This document shows, piece after piece, positions 47,497 to 59,509 of a DNA stretch of 64,000 nt; positions within the stretch are counted from its first letter, which is position 1; every line of letters starts with the position of its first letter. Source of the DNA: Eukaryota sp. GEM-RC1 (Eukaryota); contig JAUFOQ010000003.1 in NCBI GenBank assembly GCA_040285855.1, positions 372,001 through 436,000 on the forward strand, written 5' to 3'. Both the position numbers and the translations under genes were made by a program. A model generated the notes under the pieces. It saw only the letters and a program-made list of their open reading frames with translations, ran no database searches and had not been told where the DNA came from.

Positions 47497-48868
47497 TCAA
47501 TCAGTTTCAGAAATAGTCAAATCTGACAGATAGAGCTCAGTGGCTTCATCCAAACTTCTCTCAATCATCTTCTTGGTCAGTGGTTTATAAAGCACATCAT
47601 TGAAGCCCGCTGTCTTCAAATATGATCGTAATCTTGTGCTCTTAAATCCCGTAATTGAAACAATGAACAGGGGTGCTTTGGTATCTCCAAAGTTCTTGAA
47701 CTCCCAACTTCTGTATTCTCGGACACACTCACTACCTCTCATATGTGGCATGACCTCATCAATGAATGCTATCGTCAGATCATCGTTTTGTTGTTTCAAT
47801 ATCTCTAGTGCTTCTTCGCCGTTCTCTGCTGGGATCTGCAATGAGTCAGTTATAAGCGCATACCACATTGAATATGCTTTGAGATTCTAGGAGCTTCTTC
47901 ATCACCATACGGATAGCTGCTGAGTCATCAGCTACAAGAGCAGAGTATGGCTGTTTTAATCGTGACTGGTGTACCTGTTGGACCATTTGGCCAGCATCAG
48001 TCAGTAGTTCTTCGAAGCCTAGTTGTTTTTCCATAGCTCTAGGCATTGGGCTCTCTAGTTGGGGTGATAACAGTGATACCTTTTTCAAACAATCCAGGCA
48101 AATGGTATGGCTAACTCTTGATGATGCATGAGGAACCTCAATAGCTGGATAATTGAGATTTTCTGGCCGATCTGGTAAATGTATGTGTGGGTGAACTTTA
48201 GGTTCGTTTACTGAATGAGTAATTGTTGAACTACCGCATCTAGAACAAATGTTAAGAGTGGTTCCGGGGGGATACCAAGCCAAGATCTCTAAACTAACCA
48301 TACGGCTACCTAGTCCAAGTAGTTCGTCGTTTGTTAAAAGGGGATGGGTTTCCTTCTTTAAGCAGCACACAGTACCATTGCCAAAACCGCCTAGACAACA
48401 AGGATAACCCATGTATTGCTTGAATCCTGATGATCTGAAGGGTCTAGCCATTTCTTCCAGTAAAACATCTTCTGTAAGTGTTTGACATTGAGCAGCGTCA
48501 ACAACAATAAAACGATTTCGTATTCTCCTTACACAACAACAGAAGGCGTCAAATGCATTGATTTCAGTACCCGAAGGGATGATGTCTTCCTGTGAGCTAA
48601 CAAGAACAGAAATGACGTCTTCACTCACAAAATGGTTGACCAAGACGATATCTGCACCTATTGCGTTTTGGATAGTCGTAAGATGTAGTTTTAGAAGCTG
48701 TATAAGTGGTTCAGCAAGATGCATTGATCGGGTTGTAACGGGAAGAAAAGATATCCATGTAGGAGATGGTCTACTAATACTGCTTGGAAACCTGAAGACA
48801 TTCGCAATCACGACTTGCACTTACCCCAGATATATTGCGACAGATCTAAAAATCTGACTTTGTAACAT
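47497..48868 (-). CDS. GAF-like + CxxC..CxxC + response-regulator receiver protein; candidate introns 48792-48824 and 47836-47863
   Basis: YMGYP..GTVCCL (GAF-like); ICSRC..SHTICLDC; ALVADDSAAIR, AENGEEAL, FIDEVMP, SITG and LYKP (receiver). Removing the 28-nt intron joins the two ORFs in frame. Confidence 0.85.
47836..47863 (-). other. 28-nt spliceosomal intron
   Basis: GTATGCGCTTATAACTGACTCATTGCAG. Splicing gives SIFNV|IPAENGEEAL. Confidence 0.85.
48792..48824 (-). other. Candidate 33-nt spliceosomal intron
   Basis: GTAAGT...TTCAG containing an in-frame TAA. Links the ATG at 48,868 to the main ORF. No clear branch point. Confidence 0.55.
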
Positions 48869-49289
48869 CAGAATTTTTTTTGGAACTTGTTCTGTCACTT
48901 ACAACCACCGAGGAATTAGTTTACTGGTAATTTTATTTTCCGTGCCTTTTAGATGTGCAACGCTATGCATTCATTGAGAGTTCACTTTATACGGATGAAA
49001 TAGCAGATTTTTTTGAATACATGTAGTATAATTTCATTGACTTTCACATCTTACATTCTGGTCAGTTACTTTGACTTGTTGAGAGGTTAATAATAGTGCA
49101 AGAATGTTGACACTTCTTGTAATCCTATTGGTAATTACAATTACTGTAGATTTCAGTTTAATCAATAGTCAGAAGTGCGTGAAATTGGTTCTTGACGACA
49201 GTTGGTTTATAGTGTCAGTTGCTCATTTCATTTAGGTTGGGCAAAAATTATATCACGATTGCAAGCGTTATGTGGGTTAGAAACGTCCC

Positions 49290-49510
49290 AGGATAGAGTC
49301 GTTGGTTTGAAAAGACTTTTGTAATGATCAATTTTTAACAGTGCCGTATGGATTAATCGAATTATGTTAGCTCTTCATAGAAGAATTCCCAAGTATTTCA
49401 CATCCATTTAATCGAAGTATTATAGGGATAATTCTCGTGTTGATGTGGAGAATTTAACTTCTTTCATTCTCTGAATTAATATGGATTAATTTAATGTTGC
49501 AAATAAACTC
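49290..49510 (+). mobile_element. 3' remnant of a further RLE non-LTR family
   Basis: FNSAVWINRIMLALHRRIPKYFT parallels EWKNRIVFSICRYMHFYFS and FWLSRLKFALFRSMHRYFN in the other elements. Confidence 0.55.
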
Positions 49511-49685
49511 TAATATCAATTTTGAAATCACTTTAAGCAAAACCATGGACGTTTTGCACACAAGGTTAACCTGACTTCCACGTTAAGGTGCCCTAACATG
49601 GGTCATTTGGGAGCCATATTCTCAAGTCGAAAAGGTTTGGAGAATGACTGACATTTTCTAATGGAAATGTGTAGCAACGACAATA

Positions 49686-49843
49686 TAGAGCTGTCAAACC
49701 TTACGGCTCAAGCCGTAAACCGAACGACTTGAGCCAAGTCATATCGAAATTTGGCTTGGCTTACTCAAATGGCTCAAGCCAAAGCCGAACCAGTTTGGAA
49801 TTTTACAAGCCAAGCCATTCGGCTCAAGCCGTTGACAGCTCTA
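49686..49843. mobile_element. 158 bp hAT-type MITE
   Basis: Perfect 12-bp TIR TAGAGCTGTCAA / TTGACAGCTCTA. 8-bp TSD CGACAATA / CGACAGTA. Internal GGCTCAAGCC repeats. Confidence 0.93.
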
Positions 49844-49992
49844 CGACAGTACACAGTATGACATCATAAACATAGAATTCATTTAGAGTAATAATTTATT
49901 ACTAATAAATATTAAAGGTACAATAACCAAAAACTAATGGTGAGATAACATCCTCACGATAAAACAAAACTAAAACAAACTAAAAAGTAACA

Positions 49993-50456
49993 GTCAGTTG
50001 GTAACAATAAAACATAAACATGATAATAGCAACTATTTTCGTTATTCCATGATTATGCAGGAAACAGAACAAGAACAGTAAGCTAAGGAAAACATAGAAT
50101 AAAAAAGGATCAAGAAAGATTTCCAGAGAAACAACCAAACTAACTGTCAAAAGGTAAACAGATGATATGGATAAGTTTGCAGGACAGACTCGAAAATACA
50201 AAAACCAAGGAACATCGACCAAACAACAATACAAATAATGAAACTGATGGAATTCTGGAACTTGAGCACGTAAAATTGAAGAACATAAACAAATAAGCAA
50301 AAGAAATACCAATAAGAAGGGTACAATAAAGACGGAACAAATAAACTTAACACAGATCTCACATTAAAGATTGAAATGGCTTGAAAAAAGCTATTCCTAA
50401 ACCGCCAGAACGCAACAATAAGAGTAACAAATAACCAATGAAGAAATAAATAAATG
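49993..50456 (-). pseudogene. Multi-TM fragment, probably the distal part of the 51-55 kb membrane protein gene
   Basis: Hydrophobic frameshifted ORFs in the same orientation as, and downstream of, 51395-54929. Confidence 0.55.
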
Positions 50457-50629
50457 GGTAAAATTCATTTATACTCATTTCACAAATCATTATTTCACAC
50501 ATACACAAATTGAAATCAGAAATTCAAACCATACTCAATCTGTACTCAGTCAATATCCACACAAAACTAGGCTTCTTCAATCTCACTGTATTTCTTATAA
50601 CCACTGTTGTATCATCGTGACACAACATG

Positions 50630-51300
50630 TTATAACTTGTTCTGGCATGACTTCATCGCATGTCCCTTCTTCATACAGACACTGCACATCCATATCATCA
50701 TCGACCCTTCCTTCTTGACCTCTAACTTTCAGTAACTCGTGACCCTTCTTCTGCTTTTCAATTGTAGGTTCTACCTGTTGCTCGAACGCACTACAATTTC
50801 AGACATATCACTTCAATAGAGTGTTTCGATGTTCTGCACCAATAAACTCTTCTAGTGGTACTTTCAGAGCAGCATCAACGGCAACAGAGTGAACACAGAG
50901 GGCTTTGTTCTCCTGCCACTCTTTACAGGAACAACTGCTGTTGGACAAGTTACCGAAGCAACAACCTGAAAAGCTGCTGGTGCTCTTACATCTTCTGGTA
51001 CGTTTTTATCCAAAGTGGGTCATTTTCTTAGCTTTGTTGAATCTTCCATTCATTTTGGTCATCTGATAGATTTTCTACGAATTGTTTCCAATAAATTGAT
51101 CGTCCTTCTATTTTGTAGATTTATAACCCAGGGCAGCTTTAATCCAGGAGTAGAAGCGGACAGTTTCAATGTACACGGGTCTTCTTGGCACTGTTCGCTG
51201 TAGCGCTTCGGTGCTGTTATACCTCTTCGTTCATACTTTAGTAAAGTCCTCATCTACAGCTTGTCTTAAGATACCTTTGGATGCTAAGGTAGCTTCTTGT
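50630..51300 (-). mobile_element. Mutator/MULE transposase relic (SWIM + CCHC)
   Basis: Manual translation gives FYSWIKAA, INLLETIR, CSCKEWQENKALCVH (SWIM) and CSVCMKKGHAMKSC. Many stops. Confidence 0.75.
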
Positions 51301-51394
51301 ATGGGAGTCATTATAGTGTGAAACCGTCATGAATTTTTGATTTCATTTTGAGCATGTGTGAATTATTGATTTGGGAAATGAGTATATTTGACAT

Positions 51395-54300
51395 TTATCC
51401 TAAATAAATATACTGAAATTCAAAATGTGTGGGAAACATGTATGATAAATATGAGAACAAAAAGTCAAAGGGCAAAATAACCGATTGGAACAATAATAAA
51501 TTAAAACTCATAAATACAAATGGAGGACAAAAATAAGGCTTCGTCAGTTGTGTGGAACCTTTAGATTGCTGATATAACTTTAAATACCTTTCGGCCTGGT
51601 TAGATTTGGATGAAAACCGTTGATTGTGGCTGTTGACATTGTTCAAATAAGAAATAAACAAAGTCATTAAAATAATAAATCCAATGTTGGCCAAAATTGA
51701 AAATACATAGTTTAAAAGAGAAGTTCGTAAACAAACAGAAAATCGTTTCGTATAACCATTTTGACAAGACAAACAATAATCATCAATTGAAACAAGTAGA
51801 CGTACAAGCTCCATTTCTACATAAATAAGGTAAGGCACACTTTACGGTGACGTGATTGAAATCATCAAAATAGAGCCCATCACGTACCTTGATTATTGAC
51901 CCATAATGAGAATCAGTGTTTTTAGGACATTTTCCACACGTATTATTAATTAAATACAAATTTCGATCACAAACACAATCATTGACAGAACTAGAGGAAT
52001 TACTACGAGTAATTCGTTGATAAGGACATGGTAAACAAGAGGCGTGAGTCATTGACTTGAAGGTACCAATCGGACAAGGTAAACAATCTCCAAAGGTAAA
52101 GTAGAATCCGGATGGGCAGAAGCATTGGTCACTGTAAAAAACAAAAGGAGAAGAACAATTAATTAGAGGAAGAGACAACGAAGCTGATTGACCATGATAT
52201 TGGAAGGTGACGTGTTTGGAATTGGAAGTAGGATAAAAATAGAGATCAAATTCAAAATCATTAACAGCAGTGAATCCAAGGTCAAAACTAGCTGAAACAC
52301 TAACGTCACGTGACGTGAGAACACGTGTTACATTGGTGAAGGAAAACATTTCAATCAAAACAAGAGCCATTTGAATTCTTAAACAAGTTTTGTGCTCGAC
52401 ATTAAAGGGACAATTAAATGAATTCAAAATGGAAGCAAACATCAATGTTGACTGTTGTTGTACTAGAGAAAGATGGAAAATTGAAGAAAAATTTGAATAT
52501 TGAAAAGATAGCGACAGAAGAAGTTCCATTGGCCTCAGATTATCACTATTTAAAATGAATGAACAATCTGCATAGAAACAATTAAATAACAAAACTTCAA
52601 AGTCTGATTGATCAATCAAATGTGATTGAACAATGACGTCACCGGGGGTCAAAAAAGAACACGAAGTAGGGAACCCAAACACATCTCGACAGATGCATTT
52701 TACTGTTACTTGATTGATATTTCCTAATTCCAAAGTGGAGTCCTGACAGTAAATAACTTCTGGAACTCCAGGACTATACAGAAAATCAAAGGTAGAATAA
52801 GAATGGAAACAATCACGAGAATAAAGCTCATATTTAACTACATACTGTGATTGATGAGCAGTGATAGAAGTGGCAAACGATCGCTATACAGACTCAAAAG
52901 TCGTGAAAAATACATGATTAAAATAATAAAAGGTGCTTATTGGTAGAATTTGACTCACAGAATTAAAACCAACAGTAGAATTTAAAATATTGAAACACTG
53001 ATTTGTTGCAAAGCCATAGACCTCGACTTCAGTCACATTTGTTTGTGACGAAAAGAAATATTAAAATTTGTTGAGAGAACTGAATTATTGAAAAATATCA
53101 AATTACAACTGGTAACAGTTGAAAATCCACTCTGGAAAGGGAGAACAGATCACAGATTCAATCAAATCTGATTGAATGGAAATGAAGAAAGGCAAAGAAG
53201 TCCGAGTTTCCAGGCAATCACTCAAAAATGAAACCGAAATACTTCTAACATCAGAGTAAAACTCAAAAGAAACTGCAAGAGTATCATCAGGATTTAAAGT
53301 AACAAAACAGTTTAAATTGTCACAGCACCGTACTCCAGAAGATAGAGTTAATAAAGGGTTAATGTAAGAGCTAGAGAGAGAATTACCTTGGAAAAGAACA
53401 ACAACAATGGGAATTCTAGGTAAACTGCCATTGACAACGAAGCACACGTCAGCAAACTGAGCATCCACACGCAAGTCTGTAGTGATAAAATTGATAGAAT
53501 CATCAACGTTAACAGAAACGTCAACAAATGGCTGATAAATAGGAGAATATGCATTTACACAAAGAATATTTGAAAATGCGAATCCACTAGAATGATGTAT
53601 AATCTCACTAGTAAACGGAATTTCAAAAACAACGCAAGCGAATTCCAAATCGGGCGGTCGACAGTTCAAATTGATTTCAATCATTCGCGATTCGATTACC
53701 GACAGTGAAGAAGCAGAAGTAACGTCACAATTACAGACTGTAAGAGAATCAATCAGAATTTCGTTGAAAAACACGTGATCCCAAAAGATATTGTAAGTTT
53801 TTGGACAGTAATGATTGATGCCAATCAAGTGAGCTTCTTGCAAGCCTAATTGAATGGTATCACCATCAATTGAAGCATTCAGAGGAATACTATGATTTAA
53901 AGAGAATAAAGAATTGTCAATTATTGAAGAACCAGTGAGACAAATATTTGAATTATTTGAAAGATTAATCAATTGAGAGGAATTCAGTTTGAACACTGGA
54001 TTTTTAATCACGTTAAAACTTTCCTCTTTAATACACTTAAGATCATTGAACGAAGCCTCCAAGATGAGACTTTTAATTCCAGGTTCAACAGAAAAGAGAT
54101 CAAGTTGAACTTGACTGGCATGGACATTATAGATCAACTCACATTCTGGAGCAAACAACTCTATCTGATCGAGAGTATGAAACTCTGAAAGATCAATATT
54201 AAAATGATAATTAAAATTGACACCAATTACAGGAGGAATTGGTAACGACAACTGCATGATTTTGATATCCAGTGGAATAGAATTAAGGTCGTTCCCAAGA

Positions 54301-54929
54301 ACAAAATAAAAAGGATTCTGAATTGGAATAAACTGGAAATCTTGAAGTGTAGTCGAAAAGGAGTCGACAAACAACATTAAATTATTAAAATTTTGAGACA
54401 CCGCAACAGAGAATTTAGAATATGATGGAACAACAGAAGGAAAAGAAACAAAGTTGTCCACTTTAAAGAAAAATTCGGAAACAATATCAGAACTGCTGGA
54501 TTTGAACGTTAGAAAATGTTGTCCTCTTTCAGATACAGAAATTTTAAAATTTAGAACATTAGGCAGTACTGACATATCCAATATTGAACTCCCATTAAAA
54601 GCAATAGAGTTCGACCATTGCGACTTCGAATAAAACTCGAAGTACTGCCCAAAAATTTGAAGTTTTAGAATTGTGTGATCACCAAAATATTGGAATGAAA
54701 GGGGACCAATCTCAGAAATTTGAATTATCAGTGGAAGATTGGAAATGCAAAGTTCAACATTCGTGGACTTATGGATCAAGCAGATCGCTGGTACTTTGAA
54801 GGACATGGTTTGGACGAAAGAAAGAGAGAAAATACTAGATGAAATTGAATCTGTTTCGACAATCGTCACGTCATCACCATGACCAATGAGGAAGTTACTC
54901 AAATTAAACTGAGAAATGGATGCTTCCAA
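51395..54929 (-). pseudogene. Large S/T/N/F-rich surface protein with Cys-rich (GCC2/ephrin-receptor-like) repeats and TM region; fragmented
   Basis: Co-oriented ORFs 53103-54929, 51783-52733 (CFCPSGFY..CLPCPIGTFK..CLPCP..CVC) and 51395-51838 (TM segments). Confidence 0.7.
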
Positions 54930-55088
54930 TCAAAATCAGCATAATATGTTGGATTGTCTTATAGTTGCTTGATTGAGATACTGAAGTCTTTTGATCACTA
55001 TTATTGTCAGATCCATTTAGTTGTCCTTTGGTTAACTCCTGAACACCGGCAGTTGAATGCGAAAACAACTTCATCAACATCTCCTAAC

Positions 55089-55220
55089 TAGAGGTGGGAA
55101 TTACTCGAGTAATACTCACTGTTTTGACAAGGTGAGTATGAGTATTACTTGAGTACTTGAGTAAAAGTCTTGAGTAGTACTCGAGAAATACTATACTAAT
55201 ACTTGAGTATTACTCAATAG
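55089..55220 (+). mobile_element. Orphan DNA-transposon end (hAT-like) with subterminal ACT(C/T)GAGT repeats
   Basis: Starts TAGAGGTGGG. Perfect palindrome ATTACTCGAGTAAT at 55100-55113 and multiple TACTTGAGTA copies. No matching right end seen. Confidence 0.55.
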
Positions 55221-55389
55221 TGTTAGCCAAAGGTAATTGTATAGTATCAAGTAGGATTATTTCACTTTATAAACACCTTTATCTTACCTCGTTCACCAAC
55301 AGGTATCAATAATTACTGTCTTATGGTGAAAAGACGACAAGACATTAACTCTATCTAATAGCTTTCAAATTTAGGAAAGCTCTCAGTTA

Positions 55390-56823
55390 TTAAACATCAA
55401 ACTCCCAACGACTGTGGACCATTTTACTTAATGTATATGCAAAGATTTGTTCATTTGGCATCAACATCAGACAATTTCCAGGAGATTATGTCTCAAGTCC
55501 AAGGTTATGTCGATTATGATGCTTTTGACATGAGAAAACAAGTTCTAAATCTAATAGCAACTACTCATCCTACGCCTTTTGCTATACTTGCTTTAAGTAT
55601 TGTACATGAGTACTTTTCAAACAACATTCAAGCACATGTTCAAGAACACAGTACTATAGTTCATTCAAACCCTTCTCAACAACAAATGAATAGATCTGAT
55701 GGTACTTCTGAAATAGCCGAACATTCAACAGTAATTTCATCTCCTGATGAAACTCGACAAGTATTGACTACTCCCAATCAACTTATAAACTCAAATCGTA
55801 CAAGGAAAACTCGTAAATCTAGAAAATATCCTCCAAAAAAGAAGAAATTTTCGCAAAAATATCAACTTATTCAACATCAACATCGTGGAATTCGAACACA
55901 ATCTCCTCCTAGACGACTTTTACTATGATTTGATCAAATTGACACACTGAAACCAAATGTACTGCTTCATGATTCTGTCATTGACTATGTTGGTCAATAC
56001 ATTGCTGAACAGAGTAATCTATGCGAGGTCTTTGAAGTAGCCAACATTCAAGATGCAATCAATCTTTCACAGTATAACATAATGTTTGAACAATTTAGAG
56101 AGGTTCAATTATCAATGGAAAAAGCCAGCAAAAGACACACTAAAAAGTGTAAGAAACGTTTCTTGTTTATTCCAATACATGACGGTCTCTTTGGCACAAC
56201 AGCCACTCACTGGTCACTGTTAATCTGTGATATTCAAAATAAACAATACTTCTCTATTGACTCAATGTGTACAGAAGATCAACATTCCTCAGTTTTCGAA
56301 CACTTTCTCACGTATTGACAATGTCATTTCACAATTACAGCAATTCCTGTTTGATATGGCAAATTTCAGCTACATAGCTAGAGTACCAGCTCAACAAGTC
56401 CAAACTCTCAATGACTGTGGTCTATTTATTCTAATGTATATGAATAAATTTGTCGAGTATGAATCAACATCAACAAATCTTTTCGAAATTCTGTCTCAAG
56501 CCTCTAATTGTGTTGTTTATAATGCATTGGAAATGAGAAAACAAATATTGTCTCAAATCGTTACTACTCACCCTGATGAAGATCATCCTGATGAATACCG
56601 ACAATATGGATGTACTCATGCTCAAGGTATTATAAATGAGTTTTATTCTGATGAGATTGTATCACCTGTTAATCAACCTGTACAGTGTCAATCTGAAAGT
56701 TTAACTCCTGAAACAATGGTAGATGATAGCCGTTACAAAAAAACGGTGTCAAAGCTCACTTATCAAAACTTTCTGAAAAGTTTACCTGGAAATTTGTCTA
56801 ATCGGAAAAGAAGCGTCTTTTGA
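55390..56823 (+). pseudogene. Ulp1/SENP8-like (C48) cysteine protease, internally duplicated and interrupted
   Basis: DTLKPNVLLHDSVIDY, FLFIPIHD..THWSLL..FSIDSM and QTLNDCGLFILMYM. A second copy QTPNDCGPFYLMYM lies at ~55,400. In-frame TGA at 55,926 and a frameshift near 56,300. Confidence 0.8.
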
Positions 56824-57898
56824 AGTTAAAAATGATTGAACAAGCGCTGGAAGAAGCTGAAGAATTATTTCAAGAAAGTTATCATAACTTTAGTCGTCCA
56901 GAGTTGACAGATCTTCCAGAAATACATTGATCAACTCCAAAAAAAAAATCCTGGTTAAGCTAGATTGGGTATATGTGAGTGTTGCAAAGAGAAGGTATCG
57001 AAATTGGCTTATAAATGGTACTGTAACTGTAAGAAGATGTTGAGAAAGTGCCCGAAAGGAGAAAAAAATTGTCGTGGGACAAAATGAGTTTGAGAGTTTT
57101 CCAGAATGAAATCTTCGCTCTGAGTTCCAAAATCAATGCCTTTAGCCAGAAAATTCACCGTATTGAACAGCAACAATCATCAGTACGAAGCTATAGGCTT
57201 AAATCAATCAATCTTCACTTTGGAAGCAAAGAGCTGACGATGTGAACTTTCTTTAAATGTTTTAAATGTTTTAAATGTTTTCGATGTCAACTGGAGGAAT
57301 GATGGGATACATTCTCTTCAAAACTATACCTGCACATATGTTGGTATTATTCCGATAATGCCTGATAGAAAAGAATGGGCAGAAGAGAGAGGATTGGATT
57401 GTGTGATTGCCATCGATCCAAACAATGCTCCTGGTAGACTACGAGAAAAAAAAGAAGAGATGGGATCGTTTTGCATCAAGCAAGAAAAAGAAGGTTAAGA
57501 AGTCTGACATCGACAATTGGCTAGCTGAGTTTGAGCCAGAGGAGAACCATGACAACTTGATGGAACTCAGAGATTTTGAAGATAATCAGAAGAGGAAGAG
57601 TTACACATTGAAAGAGAGGAAGTAGAATTTACGGTGTAGATGCTCATTGTAGTAGAGATGGAGATCCCAATAAAACGTTGTATTGTTCATAAGGACCAGC
57701 TCCTGCATTTAATGAACAGAAGATGTGGTTTGTTATACTAGTACGTGTGCAAAATTTTGTTATCTTGTTATCTGTGTGCATAATTTCTCAACACACCAAT
57801 TCATGCAACACCAACACCAATTCATCCCACACTGCAGTCATGTTGCATCCAACAAGAACTTGTCTTTATTAAACTAAACTACTATAACATCATACTTC

Positions 57899-58117
57899 CT
57901 ATTTTCTTACTTGAGGACTTCTGGTTCGTGTGTGACTTGTCTTTCCACAGATGCCGCATTTGTAAGGGGCTCTTCTAGACACATGTCTAGCATTTATTTG
58001 AGTGGATTTTGCAGGTTGCCTCTCAACATATACTTGTGGTTTCCAGTAAGGAAATCTTAAGCTTGGTTTTTGCTGACGCAACAACTCTCCTGTTCTCATA
58101 ATCTGGCTGACGGACAA
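57899..58117 (-). pseudogene. Zn-knuckle C-terminal fragment, probably from a transposase
   Basis: YKCGICGKTSHTRTRSP is a degenerate CxxCxxxGHxxxxC. Confidence 0.4.
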
Positions 58118-58361
58118 GTCATTGGACTAATTTAAACAGTAAATTACCACTAGCATAATGTTTGATTTCAAACGTCGTTTGTACAGTCAACTTAAATTGT
58201 GTGTGTAAACTAGCATAAAGATATAACTACAGTAGATAGTATTTCGTTTTGAGAACATTCAAATTACCAGTAGTTAAATGTCAAAACTACGATTCAAGTT
58301 CTGTCAAAGATCAATTTACACCTAACAATTGTAAGAATATTTATATAAACAAGAGAACAGA

Positions 58362-58647
58362 TTAGCATTGTCCCAGGATTCTACAAATCTGAATGGGGGG
58401 GATATCGAGAGGCGAAAAGATCAGCAATGGTGTTGATTCGAGGTTCTACAAGTGTCTCACAAACATTCTTCTGCACACCACTGGCAGATTGACAGTAGTC
58501 ATGAATAACAACATAGATCTGTCTTGCAGTCATATTTGGACGAATACGACCTTCAATGGCATTAAGTACCATTTTGCAACCATCACAGTCTTGAGCTGAG
58601 ACAAAGATGACAAGGCAAAAGACTAGTACGAAGAGTTTTAGATTCAT
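58362..58647 (-). CDS. Secreted saposin-like protein (amoebapore/NK-lysin fold); frameshift in G7 run
   Basis: Signal peptide, then CDGC, YC and VC. Removing one G at 58,395-58,401 gives YPPIQICRILGQC* and completes 6 Cys. Confidence 0.88.
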
Positions 58648-58693
58648 TACTAGTTGCGGTCAGAAAAATGAGGTCAAAATCTTTGCTTTCCCA

Positions 58694-59182
58694 ATGACAG
58701 AACCCTTTGTCTCACAAACCGAGATTGATGAGCTTACAGCCCGCTTTAAGGATCGTGTTAAGTCTATCTTTGAACCTTTTGACAGGTCTAGAAACGGTTG
58801 CTGTGATGAGCGAGAACTTGGCTCAATCCTCAAAGCCCTTGGCCTTGCTCCAACAGAAGAGGAAGTTGTACAACTTCTCCAAGATTGTCGTGAAGACGAA
58901 CCATCTTCCTACCTTCTCTTCGATAAAGTAGAACCTGTTCTCATTAATGCTCTTCTTGATCATCATCTCAAAGCAATGTATAAGTTCCCTTCAGAAGATG
59001 AGCTTCTACAGGCTTTCTATGTGTTCGACCCAGATAGAAAAGGTTTTATTGACTCCAACATACTTCGAGAGAAGCTTTTATCTGAAGGCGAGCCTTTCAG
59101 AGGGAAAGAGATGGAGGATTTCCTGAGTTTTGCAGACTCTAGTGGGATCATTGATTATCGATCTTATGTTCAAAAGATATAG
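58694..59182 (+). CDS. EFCAB2: EF-hand dynein regulatory complex subunit 8-like
   Basis: FEPFD..DERELGSILKALGLAPTEEE, EDEPSSYLLFDK, LLQAFYVFD and EGEPFRGKEMEDFLSFA. Confidence 0.8.
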   Translation: MTEPFVSQTEIDELTARFKDRVKSIFEPFDRSRNGCCDERELGSILKALGLAPTEEEVVQLLQDCREDEPSSYLLFDKVEPVLINALLDHHLKAMYKFPSEDELLQAFYVFDPDRKGFIDSNILREKLLSEGEPFRGKEMEDFLSFADSSGIIDYRSYVQKI

Positions 59183-59509
59183 AACTGCAAAAGATATAGA
59201 ACTGCAAACAACTATACTCTTTATGTACATTATGTAATCTAATTTAATCACGATACCAATCAAACACAATGTAAGTATAGTTCACGCGAACAGTGATGGT
59301 TTTTACAGAAAAATATCAATACAATTTAAACAATATACCGCAAAATTACTATTTTCCAAAAAGTTTTCGTTTCAGCCGTTTAAAGAACCTGCTTTTTGAA
59401 GTAAACGAAAAAACAACATCATCTTCGTTATTCGATTCATGCGGCTCTTGGTGGGAACGTAGATTAAAACGAGGAATGTCCAGACTAAAGTCTGTTTGAA
59501 AGTCTGAAT

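Noticed and set aside
45708..50456. Inverted repeats as TIRs of one large transposon
   Set aside because: The repeats are diverged coding-like fragments, no TSD was seen, and the enclosed DNA is a host-type gene plus unrelated relics.
56870..57625. Short Cys-rich and Lys-rich ORF fragments
   Set aside because: Probably decayed element sequence, but no family could be supported.
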